DNA from: Chiloscyllium plagiosum
Lineage: Eukaryota
Assembly (NCBI RefSeq): GCF_004010195.1
Contig: NC_057751.1
Location: 10,613,831 to 10,677,830, forward strand
DNA: 64,000 bases
Reading direction: 5' to 3'
The translations under genes and the position numbers were made by a program. Position 1 is the stretch's first letter. Every line of letters starts with the position of its first letter. This document shows positions 14,193 to 25,865 of this stretch, in pieces. Below the pieces are notes generated by a model. It was not told the DNA's origin, ran no database searches, and saw only the letters and a list, made by a program, of their open reading frames with translations.

Positions 14193-14316
14193 GAAATGTG
14201 CAGAAAATTCTGACAGTTACAATGGGGCTGTGAGGGACAACTACACTTGGTCCCAGGATTACACTGACCTGGAAGTGAAAGTGCCAGTGTCCAAGGAAAT
14301 TGTGAAAGGAAGACAG
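14193..14316 (+). CDS. nudcd3: NUDCD3 coding exon 3 (KCAENSDSYNGAVRDNYTWSQDYTDLEVKVPVSKEIVKGRQ), start of the CS/p23 domain
   Basis: Polypyrimidine tract plus tttgcAG ends at 14192, donor GTaaaa at 14317. Length is 124 nt (1+123), matching the phase of exon 2. Contains the DSYNGAVR.NYTWSQDYTDLEV motif of NUDCD3. Not in the ORF track. Confidence 0.95.
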
Positions 14317-15534
14317 GTAAAATCATATGTAATGCATGGCACGCAACTTGTTCACATAAGTGGATAGCCTTGTGTTCCAGATTTGAGTTCACACCTTCCC
14401 TCTTGAAACAATGAAAGGGTGTCATGCTGAAGACTAAAATGGTTATGATTTGAACCAGAACACCACAAAACTGTTCTGGTGAAGTTCCAGGTTTGTTTCT
14501 TGACTTGTGCTGTAGCAGCAGTTCAGTGCAGCTAACAGCTTTTATTGCTGAGCACTGTATGTTTTGGGAAGCATGTGTTTAATTGCAATCAGAGTCAAGC
14601 TCTGAGAGGGAAAAAAAAGGTGTTAGTCAGGCTTTGGTCTGACACAAGAATAGTTTACTGGGTGGGTAGACATATCCTTGTAGAACCAATGAAACTATTC
14701 AGGACAAGTTCGTTCCTTCAGGAGGTGCAGGCAGTAAATTATGATGGAGAAGTAAGACTGAAGTAGACTGGGTGCTGAAAAATAAGACTTGACAGTATAA
14801 TCCTGTCTGATGTTACAACTGGACAAGTCAGATCCCAGACTGAAATTTGGCTTGATCGTTTTTGTTTTGTTTCTGTTCAACAAAGTTTATCCCATTAGAT
14901 TACAGTCCTAAAATATCAGTGAGAATTCACTTCTGTATCATGGGAAGGTTTGACTTAATTGTTGACGTCAGTTCCCAGTCTTGAGAGATTGATAGCATCT
15001 TCTTTGATTATTTGCATCATAGAACTGAGATATTCTCAGCTTTGAAACACCTCTTCAGGGTTCTGGTCTGATGCTTGAAAACTAAAATCCTTGCACTGAG
15101 CTAACCTGTTTGCTAACTTGGCTAGACTGACTCCTTCTCTGAGATGAACTGTCTTATGCTTCGAGCTTCAACCAGGACCTCTCCCAATTCCAACCAAAAA
15201 AGCTTTCCAAGATGTGGATTTTTGATCTGAATATAAAAAGATGTAATTCTAATACTTCTAAGCTGAAAGCAAGACCATGCTTATCAATTTAACTCTACCT
15301 GCTTGTACAAGTCTCCCAATAAAAAGAAATTCCCATGATCACCCCAGAAAGCCTTTATCTCACACTGCATGAGAAAAAACTCAATCAGTACTGGCAGGGC
15401 ATCATTGAAACATTACCCCCCAAATTAGAAAGAGTGGGTCGGTTTGAGATAATGTAAGGAACAATGTCAGAGAACATTAATCACATATCCAGCATTTGAG
15501 CAAAAGACAGGTCTGTGCATTGATGCAATTTGTA

Positions 15535-16110
15535 AGATCACAGAACATAAGGAAGAGGGCTAAGAGTCAGTCATTCGGCCCCCCATTACCTGCCCTGCTA
15601 TTCATCAAGATCATGGCTGACTCTCCCCAGGCCTCAAATCCTCGTTCATTCCAGCTATTATGCTTGATGGTTCACAAAATCAATCTTTTATTCAAATACC
15701 TTGTGTTCAAGCCTGCACAACTCGTTGAGTGAGAGAATTCTAGGCATTCACTGCCTTCTGGGAATGAAAGTTCCTATGCATCTCAGTTGGAATTCGTTGT
15801 CCCCTTATTTTGTAATTATGTCCCCTCGTTTGAGACTCATCCATTCGTAGAAACATAATAACATCTGCCCTGTCAAGCCTCCTCAAAATCTTATCTGTTT
15901 AAAGACAGTCACTCTCATTCTTCTAAACTCTCATGAATAAAGGCCTCATCTAATTAGCTGTTCTTGAAAAGTCAATCCTTTGTGCCAGCCATCTGCCCAA
16001 TTGATCTCTTAGACTGGCATTTGGAGGCAATTCAATCATTTTTACATCCGGAGATAAGACTGTCGATAGAATTTGAGATGCAGTCTCACTCACACCCTGT
16101 ACAGTTATGC
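15535..16110 (-). mobile_element. Old CR1 3' fragment
   Basis: Reverse-strand CR1 3' UTR-like sequence (cattcggccc...gatcatggctga...tgtcaagcctcctcaaaatc). Confidence 0.6.
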
Positions 16111-16189
16111 ATTCAGTGGCATTACCATCACTGAATCCCCTTTCTGAGCATTGTCCAAAAACTGAATTGGGGCAGGCACAACAGCAGGT

Positions 16190-16405
16190 CAATGGTTTGG
16201 AATTACTTAGATAGTAATTTTCCCTTTGTTCCCAAAACCTCTCTTGCATCAAGGATCATCACTCCGCTTGGCTGAGTGAGTGCAGCTGCAAGAGCACTGA
16301 GGAAGTTTAACGCTATGCAGGATCAAGTAGTTCATTTAATAAACAACACATTAACGATGTTGGACCTAAATTTCCACCACCAGCAGTGCACAGTGGCAGC
16401 AGGAA
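16190..16405 (+). mobile_element. Fragment of a Crack/L2-like LINE, same family as 31340-32140
   Basis: SAAARALRKFNAMQDQVVHLI...HHQQCTVAA resembles the post-RT segment of that family. Confidence 0.55.
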
Positions 16406-17100
16406 GTTATGTTCTGTTCTGCCTAAAGTTGTGCACAGAATGCTGTTGTCAAAATATTTCCAAATGTTGAGCTTTATGCTAGTTCCTGATGCAGGATGGG
16501 CAGTAGGCTGACCGCTAGATGCATTGTAAAGCAGCAAAAGACGTATTTGGTGCATTGTCTATTCTGGTTCTTTGACAAAATATTTCAGTTCAGGTCCCTA
16601 CCTGTACACTTTTCTCCATATCCCTGCAGTTCCTTTCTTGATCACATGTTTATCTAATTCTGTTTGAAGGTTTTGATTGAATCTGTTTCAGTTCACCAAA
16701 CAGACAATGTGTTCCAAGTCATATTGCATAATTACATGCAATCCTTGGCATTTTCTGTTACTTGGTGTTGCAGACTGTTGTTTATTTTTTTAAAATTTGA
16801 CTTTTTCCATTCCACTCGTAGGAGGAATTACTTCAGTTTTGTTTGCTAGCTTAGTTTCATCCCCTCGGATCCAGCATAGAAAGATAGTTATAGGTTGAAA
16901 ACCTAGCAGAAGCTCAGGATTATCAAACCTCTGAAAGCTGAACACAGACTTGAAATTGCAGTGAAGCATGTCAAGACCATCAAAATCTTCTTGACTCACA
17001 TAAAATGTAATTAGAAGTAGAACTGATGTGGATGAGTGATGCTGCTGACAAAATGAGAAAGGTTGTAATTGCATTTTCTTTTGTTCTTTGTTTCCCACAG

Positions 17101-17244
17101 GTTTCTGTTGACATACAGAGCAACAGTCTGCGTGTTGCTGTTTTGGAAGGAGGGAATGAGCGAGTCATTGTGGATGGAAAGCTGACACATAAGATCAATA
17201 CAGAAAACTCTATGTGGAGCTTAGAACCGGGACACTGCATCTTG
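17101..17244 (+). CDS. nudcd3: NUDCD3 coding exon 4 (VSVDIQSNSLRVAVLEGGNERVIVDGKLTHKINTENSMWSLEPGHCIL)
   Basis: Acceptor tttcccacAG ends at 17100, donor GTaagg at 17245. Length 144 nt, phase 0. Matches the NUDCD3 CS domain (GKLTHKINTE.S.WSLEPG). Confidence 0.95.
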
Positions 17245-17499
17245 GTAAGGCTACCAACATTTCATACAATGTTTGACATAAATATAGGCAGTTTGGCTGA
17301 AGAGATTCATACGGGTGTGAACGTTTTATTCAAATGATCTCCCACTCATCATTTTACCTCATCAGTATAGCCATTTGATTTCTCCTCTATGGTTTTATCA
17401 AGCTACCATGAAATGTAGTAATCAAGGTTTCCAAAATGGGCAGTAATGAGCCAGTGACATGAATCCTGTCACCAGTCTCACCAAATCATGAACAGCAGG

Positions 17500-18070
17500 G
17501 GTGGGTTTACATTCAGGAATTTGCACCTCACTTTTTCTCTTCTCTTGACATGACTGTCTGTGGGGAGAATTCCACACCTGCCATCCCCCAGTGTCTTGCC
17601 CGAATGAGTACTTGGAAGTTGAAAGCCCAAGTAGTGAGCACCAGTCGGACTTAAGAAAACACAAAGATCTGTTTGATACCCCGATGGAAGATGAGATGTT
17701 CCTCAAACATCATCACTCTGTAAAAATGACCTCCAGCTTTCAACTGCCTGCCACTTCATCACATCACTCTGTTCCCATGCCAAGACTTCTGTCTCAGGCT
17801 TCTGCAGTTCTACAGTGAAGCTCAATGCAAGCTGTCGGAACAACATCTCATCTTCTGCCCGGGTACCTTAGAGCCCTCAGGACTCAACATGGAGTGAAAC
17901 CGTGTCAGAGAAGATCACCTACCTCGATGTTTGTTATCCAACCCCCACACCCATGGTCCTATGTTCCCACCACTGTCAACACATTTTCAAATGCCTCAAT
18001 TTCCTGATCGTACCTATTCAGTAGTTACACCTCTCCCAGCCTTCTGACATTGCCCATCCCTTTAACTCGC
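17500..18070 (+). mobile_element. Decayed Neptune-type PLE GIY-YIG endonuclease and 3' region
   Basis: In-frame pieces ACHF..., VSGFCS...EAQCKL.EQHLIF.PGTLEPSGLNME fit the PLE endonuclease C-terminus. Confidence 0.65.
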
Positions 18071-18784
18071 TTCTCCACTGCTGAAAAACCATCACTGCCA
18101 CCCTGAAGGTGTTTTCGGCACCTGTAACCTTGGCTGTCTCCAATAATGTGAGCCACTTTGTGTTCCAACCCCTGGAGTGAATATTTTTGACTGAAGACTG
18201 GCACCTTCCAAGTTGGAGACCCTGTGAGGCGGCTTAGTGGTTCATTCATGAAGTAACATTTGTGACTCACAATGCTTGTGACCAGTGTTGCCTTGTGTCT
18301 TGTACTGATTTGTTGATGTTTTCCATTGCTGAGGATGTAGTGTTTTGGACCCTCTTCCTGCTAGTTTTGTTGCCCACCACAAACAGCTGGATTTGCTAGT
18401 ACTGCAAAGTTTGGAATTGATTGGTTGATTGTGGGATTACTTAACTTTGGCACGCTGCTTCTAATTTATAGAATGCATGTGGTCCTGTCTTATAGCTTTA
18501 TGTTTGCAAGTCCCCCTGGTGCTACTCCTGATGTTATTTCTTGAACTCCTGGATTGACGAAGTGGCTTTGTCCCCCAGTTTGCTGGTAGTTGTTGAATGA
18601 GGGTTGTGCTGGGTCTCCTTAAGATAGTATTTGAATGCAATTCTGTTGCTCATGGCCTGCTGTGTATCAAGGATGCCCAGCTTTGAGCAGAAGGTTTGTT
18701 CCAACTCCATTCAGTGAGCACAATGTTCATAGCACACGACAGAATATTTTAATTCATTCTCAGAATGTGGGTGTGACTGACTTG

Positions 18785-19080
18785 TATTTAAATTCATTCA
18801 CGGGATGTGGACATTATTGGCTCGGCCAACATTTATTGCATGTCCCTCATCTCCCAGAGGGCAGTTAAGAGTTATCCACAGTGCTGTGGGTCTGGAGTCA
18901 TGTGTTGGACCAGCCAGGTAAGGATGGTAGATTTCGTTTCCTTTTGGACCTTTAGTGAAGCAGATGGGTTTTTATTATAATCTTTTTTAAAATAAAAATT
19001 TCATCATGTACCATGATGGTTTTCAAGCCTGTGCCCTAAGGATTTTAACTTGGGGCTCTTGAGTACTAATCTACTAATGT
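18785..19080 (-). mobile_element. tRNA-derived SINE sharing its 3' end with the Crack/L2-like LINE
   Basis: ttcattcacgggatgtgg...catttattg...gagggcagttaagag...gggtctggagtca...ccaggtaagga. The same family occurs at 25525-25865 and 54235-54590. Confidence 0.7.
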
Positions 19081-19664
19081 GGCCTCCAGGCTATGGTGCA
19101 GAAGTAGATCTCAGTTTTGGCCCTGATGAGCAATCTACACATAGGACAGACAGAATTTCTAAGAAGAGTCAAATAGGTTTTCCTGTTTTGTTGATTTTCT
19201 TATCACCACAAAACCGTCTCGGCAGAATTGAGCTTGGGACTTGACCAGCTTTGTCAGTAATGGTGCTCCTGAGCCATTGTTAGTGATGAGCAATTATGTA
19301 CCTCATCCAAAGGACAATTGTTTGCCCTTAACAACTTCACTGCTCCTCCCAAGTGGTATTCAACATGGAAGAGTTTTATGGCAGCATCAATTGGTAATGA
19401 ACAATGAGTTTCTGGTTCTCTGTTTGTCCTGAGAATTCATAGGACCTGGCTTCAAAGTTGAGGACTTGAGAGCCACTCCCTCCTGACTGCGTTGCACGAT
19501 GCTGCTACCTTAGGTCCATCTGCTGTAATTATGGAACAGGTCAAGTTGAGGATACTTCAAGTTGGATATTGAAGGTAAATTTTGGTGAGTATGACCATGA
19601 TGGGCTGTTGTTGATTAATCTTGAGAGTCGGCTGCAATTGAACCTTTGACAAATATCCTAACTT

Positions 19665-20000
19665 GGGATTGAGTTTTGGAGCCATGAGGTCATGTTGCAG
19701 CTGTACAAAAGCCCTGGTGCGGCCGAACTTGGTGTATTGTGTCCAGTTCTGGTCACCTGCATTATCGGAAGGTTGTGGAAGTGTTGGAAAGGGTTTAGCG
19801 GAGATTACTAGGATGTTGTCTGGCATGGAGTGAAGGTCTTCGGAGGAAAGGCTGAAGGACGTAAGACTGTTTTCATTAGAGAGAAGAAGGTTAAGAGGTG
19901 ACTTATTTGAGACATATATGATAATCAGAGGGTTAGGATAGGGTTGACAGTGAGAGCCTTCTTTCTCAGATGGTGATGCAGAGCTCGAGGGAACATCACT
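19665..20000 (+). mobile_element. CR1 RT C-terminal fragment
   Basis: EVMLQLYKxLVRPNLVYCVQFWSP motif. Confidence 0.8.
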
Positions 20001-20009
20001 TGAAGTTTT

Positions 20010-20250
20010 GTTGAGGTTTTGGATGTAGGTTTGCTCGCTGATCCAAAATGTTAATTTCCAGACGTTTCGTTACCTTACTAGGTAACATCTACAGTGGACC
20101 TCATGCGAAGCAATGCTGAAAATTCTTGGTTTCTATTTATATGTTTGGGTATCTTTGGGTTGATGTTATTTCCTGTGGTGAAGTCACTTCCTGTTCCTTT
20201 TTTCAGAGGGTGGTAAATGGGGTCTAACTTGATGTGTTTGTTGATATCAA
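20010..20250 (-). mobile_element. PLE (Poseidon-like) 3' terminal fragment with a hammerhead-like motif
   Basis: Minus strand reads INKHIKLDPIYHPL near 20205-20246, the same motif as at 29626-29666, followed by a terminal region containing the hammerhead-like motif. Confidence 0.75.
20057..20098 (-). ncRNA. Minimal type I hammerhead motif with a core substitution
   Basis: Minus strand: TCCA-CTGTAGA-T-GTTACCT(AGTA)AGGTAAC-GAAAC-GTC-TGGA. Stem II is a perfect 7 bp and stem I is 4 bp, but the core reads CUGUAGA instead of CUGANGA. Confidence 0.65.
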
Positions 20251-20632
20251 CACCTTGGCATGTTTCTTTTTGTGTAATTCTCTTTATTTGTCATCTTGAT
20301 TTAGTAAATTTTCAGTGCCTCTAGAATTTCTTGATGTTTTGAGCCTTTCTTGTCTTGCAAAAGTATTGACAAAAACTCAGTTGCAGAACTTGCAAAAGTG
20401 CACCTTGCTTGAGTGATATTGATCCAGTGATGCAGCTTCTTGCTTCTTTAGCTGATCAACACAATTAAAAGATTGCGTTTGAAGTTTGTGTTTAAAGGCA
20501 TACGTATTTTTGGCAGCTTCAGTATTACCATTTGCTTGGAGTTTATTTACTTAATACAGTGAGGCCCAAGTAGAAACTTGCCACTGTGTCAGCAGACCTG
20601 TTTAAAGAGAACTTGAAATGAAGATTAGATTA

Positions 20633-20806
20633 AAGTTTGTGCGAAGATTTGTAGCTCGGGTGCTCGTTGTTGTGGATCTGTTCGCCGAGCTGGAAGAACA
20701 TCAAAGAAGCGCTTCGCAGGAGGCTCCCAAGCACTGATGATGTCGCCTAGCCAGGGGACGAAACGTTTGCAACAAAACCTTCCAGCTCGGCGAACAGAAC
20801 CACAAC
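20633..20806 (+). mobile_element. Short fold-back PLE derivative with a hammerhead motif, inserted at a SINE tail
   Basis: Inverted arms tgttgtggatctgttcgccgagctggaag / cttccagctcggcgaacagaaccacaaca. Motif GCA-CTGATGA-T-GTCGCCT(AGCC)AGGGGAC-GAAAC-GTT-TGC at 20731-20770. Flanks agattagatta (20622) and agatgagatta (20807). Confidence 0.8.
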
Positions 20807-20825
20807 AGATGAGATTACTTTTTTT

Positions 20826-21133
20826 TTATTAGATTACTTAGTGTGGAAACAGGCCCTTCAGCCCAACAAGTCCACATCGACCCTCCGAAGAGCAACTTAG
20901 CCAGACTCATTCCCCTACCTTTACCCCTTCACCTAACACTTCGGGCAATTTAGCATGGCCAGTTCACCTAACCTGCACATTTTTGGACTGTGGGAGGAAG
21001 CCGGAGCACCCGGAGAAAACCCACGCAGACACTGGGAGAATGTGCAAACTCCACACAGACAGTTGCATGAGGCGGGAATTGAACCCGGGTCTGTGGCGCT
21101 GTGAGGCAGCAGTGCTAACCACTGTGCCACCCA
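20826..21133 (-). mobile_element. HE1-type SINE
   Basis: Near copy of 9231-9546. Confidence 0.9.
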
Positions 21134-21669
21134 CAGGTATAGTGTGTGTGTCCCTTGCTAGTTGAGATCTTGGTCTGCATGGATCTCATTATCTGTTTGT
21201 CCTTGCATGTATGATCCTTTTTCGAATTGACACAGTTAAATAAGAAAAGTCTGAATTGTTTCACATTAGATTTAAGATTGATTGATTGTTCAACTTTGCT
21301 TTAGCTTATTACTTAATTGATGGTGATGCCATTGATGGATCTATGTTTAAGCTATCAAAATGTCTCTCTGTTGTTTGTGCTTTGGACACTTTGATTAGTT
21401 ACTATGTGAATTCGTTTTGATCAGGTCCGATAGTTGTGAGACAGACAAAAGGATCAGAACTGACGTGCATTTCAGTGTAATTTTTTTCATGGGGGGCCAT
21501 GTGACTGAATATTATCTAAAACTCCTGATTTGTGATCTAATTACTGTACCGGTCACAATGTTAAACCTTTGGTAAATCCTTATCTCAACTACTCCTGGCT
21601 ACCAGATAAAGACCAGGAACTACTCTTGAACTTGGCCAGTCTGCAGAGTTGGCTCTGATGAGCTTACAT

Positions 21670-21762
21670 TGAGAGTGTGATGTTGGAAAAGCACAGGAGG
21701 TGAGGCAGCACCTGAGGAGCAGGAGAATCGATGTTTCGGGCTTAAGCCCTTCATCAGGAGTC
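21670..21762 (-). mobile_element. PLE terminal fragment with a decayed hammerhead
   Basis: Minus strand: CTGATGA-A-GGGC(TTAA)GCCC-GAAAC-ATC-GATTCTCC. Same family as 25003-25204. Confidence 0.75.
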
Positions 21763-22439
21763 TGATAAATTTGTTGAAGGTTGTTTTCTGTCCATCTCTG
21801 CCAGAGCTCTGCTGCTGGACCAGGTTGAGTCCTCACTGAGGGAATGGCGGCCATGTGTCCCTTGTAATCCCTCCCTGCTAACACCTCCTAGAATGTTCGC
21901 TGGCCCTGAGCTCATTGATTTTCAGGGTTGAGCTTACAGAATCCACTGGGATCCCGAGTGCCACATGTGGAAAATGCTGGGGCTGCAGTCGATGTCCATT
22001 CCCCCGATGTGTCATGAACATTCCCTTCTCAATATGTGTTCAAGGCAGGAACCCAGGGCTCCAGCGAGTCTGCTGGCTGTACTTCAACACACAAACCAAT
22101 CTCGTTTTGCAGGCCAAGTCCAGCCTTGTCCTTGCCTGCTTTTGTCTTGTGTGGATGTTTTGTGCTTGTCCTGTGCTGAAAGTCTTATCGGGCCTGGCCA
22201 CTCTCTGGTGGCCCATTCTTGTTTCAGGCCTTGCCATTCAAGCACTGGGCCATCAGGCCTCATATCCTACCCCTCGCCTTAAATAAGCAGAGATGTCCTC
22301 CCATTGAAGACTGAGTTCACTGCTCAATGCTATGCTTTTCTCCTGCAGTCTTGACTGATCTCCCACACATGAGGTCCATAAACATGAAAGGTCACGGAAA
22401 CCTCTGCTTCTTGTATTTTAACTCGCACCAGGTCCCTTT

Positions 22440-23010
22440 CACCTATCACCATCATGCTTGCTGACCAGCACTGGTTTCTGGTGAGTGTTTTTGTTTGAAA
22501 TGGAGAAGGCTCTGCCTTGTTTTCACATGTCTCTATGGCCTCACTCCTCCCTACCTTGTATCTCCATCATCCTCCATGATAACACTAATCTAATTCTGCC
22601 TTCCTTATTGTCTTTTATTTTAATTACTCCACTATTGGTAGTCCTATCTTCAGTCCAGAGGTCTGAAATTCCCTGCCTGCATGTCAGTCACTTACGTTGG
22701 TGCTTCCTTTGCAACCAGGAATTATATACCCGGTCAACAAATAGTGAATGGAACAGGAACACGATGTTCAGACCTCCACAGTCAGTTCTGGACTCTGGTA
22801 AAAGCTCACGCCCTTCTGGATCACCTGACCAGCCATCTCCAAGGAACAGCACCCTCAACTAATACATTACAGTCGCTATGCTTGATTTTGCCCTTTGAGA
22901 CACTCCTCATTGAAGCCTACCTTTTGTTGTTCTGATGTCTTTCCAAAAGGTTCGGTGCCACATTCTGTTTTTAATGTGCCACTTTATGACTGGAGGCATT
23001 TCATTACATT
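22440..23010 (+). mobile_element. Decayed L2-type LINE 3' portion
   Basis: Pyrimidine-rich, L2-like 3' sequence ending ...cattacattaaaggggcg; judged by eye. Confidence 0.45.
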
Positions 23011-23807
23011 AAAGGGGCGCAGTAGTTGGAAGCTTTATTTTGACTTCAGTGCTCCTGACCAAGCTGTACATTTTTGAATTAACAAGAAACCAGGAGCATT
23101 TTTTGATCAACTTGGAATGCGGCAGTATAATATTGCAGATGAATCGTGCTTGATCCAAGCAAAACTAAGGCACTGCATAAAGAGAGAAACACTTGGATTG
23201 GTGCCATTTTCTAAAATAAAACTGATTTTTATTGTGAGTGGACTGATCAGCAGTCATTGTAAATCTCTGATCTACTCCTTGTGGAGAGCTATGTCCCACA
23301 AGTTATGATGTTGTCCCTCTTTGTCTCCCTTTGGAACCCACTGGATAAAAGTGTCATTTTAAGTAACAGTATAATCATGTCACTCAGAATTCATCGTGGT
23401 TCTGAAGGTATATTTGCTTCACAATTGCGCTTTGACAATCAGAAATGTAAGTATGCAGTCAAAAGCTGTGTTTTTTTTGCCCTCTTAGAAGTAAAGCCCT
23501 TTTGGGATATAAAGGAGCAAGATGTCAGTTTGATTCCAAGACAGCTTTAACATAGAGGAAGTTGCTTGAAAATTTTATTTTTCCCACCACCTTGTCCAAC
23601 TTTAGCTGGGTTAAGTTCAGTTGCCTCCTGCTGAAAATTGTGGCATTTTCCTGACCTGATTGATGACTATTCTGCATAGCCCAGAACACTTTGAGGTGTA
23701 CCTTTTGAATTATGTTGGTAACTTAGCACAGGTAGAACAAAGACAAAAAAATTTGTTGAAACTTAGCATATTTAACAGATCGAATGATACAGAAACACTT
23801 AACGTTT

Positions 23808-24432
23808 TATAGAGTCATAGAGATGTACAGCATGGAAAGAGACCCTTCGGTCCAACCATTCCATGCCGACCAGATATCCCAACCCAATCTAGTCCCACCT
23901 GCCAGCACCTGGCCCATATCCCTCCAAACACTTCCTGTTCATATACCCATCCAAATGCCTTTTCAATGTTGCAGTTGTACCAGCCTCCACCACTTCCTCT
24001 GGCAGCTCATTCCATAGACGTACCATCCTCTGAGTGGAAATGTTACCACGTAGGTCTCTTTTATATCTTTGCCCTCTCACCTTAAACCTATGTCCTCTAG
24101 TTCTGGACTTCCGACTCCAGGGAAAAGACTTTGCCTATTTACCCTATCCATGCCCCTCATAATTTTGTAAACCTCTATCAGGTCACCCCTCAGCCTCTGA
24201 TGTTCCAGAGAAAACAGCCCCAACCTGTTCAGCCTCTCCCTGTAGCTCAAATCCTCCAACCCTGGCAACATCCTTGTAAATCTTTTCTGAACCCTTTCAA
24301 GTTTCACAACATCTTTCCGATAGGAAGGAGACCAGAATTGCATGCAATATTCCAACAGTGGCCTAACCAATGTCCTGTACAGCCGCAACATGACCTCCCA
24401 ACTCCTGTACTCAATCTGACCAGTAAAGGAAA
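23808..24432 (-). mobile_element. Relatively young 5'-truncated CR1 LINE
   Basis: Long open stretch IEYRSWEVMLRLYRTLVRPLLEYCMQFWSPSYRKDVVKLERVQKRFTRMLPGL, with an intact 3' tail ...ctgtacatctctatgactctat. Confidence 0.93.
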
Positions 24433-25002
24433 TCATACCAAAATTCTTCTTCAGTGCAAGAATTCTGCTTCTCTTCACAGATGCTGCGTTTCTCCAGCAA
24501 TGCCTGTATTTGTTTCAGATTTCCAGCAGCAACAGTCTTTTCCTTTTACAAATTTATAGACTTTATCACCATGCATTAATTGCACTGAACCAGTCAGTCA
24601 TAGTGTTTCGTGCTTCTCTTTATGAAGGAAGTGAAGTTGGGGAATCACTGCCAGTTACCTAACCCTCCCCACCTGCTGCTGTTCGGAGTCTTTTGAGGCA
24701 TTTGTGACTTTTGGCATAGGCCTGTTTGTCATTTGGCTTTTCAGATGTGTGGTATGGTGTGAAGAAGCAGGCACAAGGTACATTCACGTTTTGAAAAAAT
24801 GTGGAAGTAAATTTCCTCAGCTGACCCGTTGGGTAAGCATTAATGAGACAAATGACATCTTAGCACTGCATTGTTGAAAGCTATTTTGAGGAAGGAGGAA
24901 GTCAGTGAGGGTTCCTACTCGAGTTGTCGAGTAATGGTTGTTTAAAAGTGTGCAGTTATGAAAACCATTTTCAGACAACGACATGACTGGCAAATGCATG
25001 TT

Positions 25003-25204
25003 CTGGATCAGTGGTGCTGGAAGAGCACAGCAATTTAGGCAGCATCCAAGGACAGGCAAAATCGACGTTTCGGGCAATCCTGATGAAGGGCTTTTGCCCG
25101 AAACGTCGATTTTGTCTGTCCTCGGACGCTGCCTGAATTGCTGTGCTCTTCCAGCACCACTGATCCAGAATCTGGTTTCCAGCGTCTGCAGTCATTGTTT
25201 TTAT
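25003..25204 (+). mobile_element. Fold-back PLE-derived mini-element with a perfect 16-bp TSD
   Basis: TSD ctggcaaatgcatgtt at 24987-25002 and 25205-25220. Inverted arms of 77 nt (25001-25077 / 25094-25170) differ at 4 positions. Confidence 0.9.
25076..25111 (+). ncRNA. Minimal type I hammerhead ribozyme motif, intact-looking
   Basis: AATC-CTGATGA-A-GGGC(TTTT)GCCC-GAAAC-GTC-GATT. Full core, 4 bp stem I, 4 bp stem II and a vestigial palindromic stem III (ACGU). Predicted cleavage after C25107. Confidence 0.8.
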
Positions 25205-25524
25205 CTGGCAAATGCATGTTTCATTCGATCTCCTCGCCCTCCCATTCCATAATATTCCGTTCCCTGTTGAAATCTTACTCAGTGTCTCTGTTCGACAGAG
25301 TGAATAACTAATTGTTCGAGAATAATGTGGGTGCTGGGACAAGAGGAAGTTCCTTGAGTGTCAGTGTTTCCCATTGGGGAAGCCAAGTCGGTTTTGGGAG
25401 GAGAAAAGGATAGAATGTGGTTGAGTTAGTCAGTCAGATGAGGAAGGATTGAGGCTGTGAAGCTTAATGCAGTGCAAACAGCAACATCTGATTGGGTATG
25501 TGTAAGCAGAGAACAGTTTTGTTT

Positions 25525-25865
25525 TCTTTATTCATAGCTTGTGTGTATCACTGGTTTGGCCAGCATTTGTTACCACAATTGCTTGCCACAATGTGGTCAA
25601 GCTTGTTGCTGTGAGTCTGGAGTCAAGTGTAGGCCAGACCAAACAAGACCAGCAGTTTCCTTCCTGAAAGGACATTTGTGAACCAGATTTTTTTTGCTGG
25701 CATTCAATTGTAGTTTTGTAGTCATCATTAGAATCTTAATTTAACTTTAAAAGTCTGGAATTCAAATTCTACCATTTGCTATGGTGGGTCTCAAACCTGG
25801 GTCCCCAGAATATGACTTGGCTCTTTGGATTAAGATTTTAGTGATAAAAACACTCCAGCATTACC
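25525..25865 (-). mobile_element. tRNA-derived SINE, same family as 18785-19080
   Basis: Shared body and tail, plus a head-like segment atggtgggtctcaaacctgggtccccagaa. Confidence 0.7.

Noticed and set aside
14198..14213. Alternative acceptor gtgcAG at 14203 in nudcd3 exon 3
   Set aside because: It would shift the frame and reach TGA within three codons.
21770..22420. Possible LINE fragment or coding exon in overlapping 65-123 aa ORFs
   Set aside because: No motif I could confidently recognise and no splice-compatible fit to nudcd3; left unassigned.
25001..25170. MITE/DNA transposon or pre-miRNA
   Set aside because: The arms are asymmetric, the TSD is 16 bp, and inversion points vary between copies. 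The hammerhead and PLE termini indicate a retroelement origin. There is no miRNA evidence from sequence alone.
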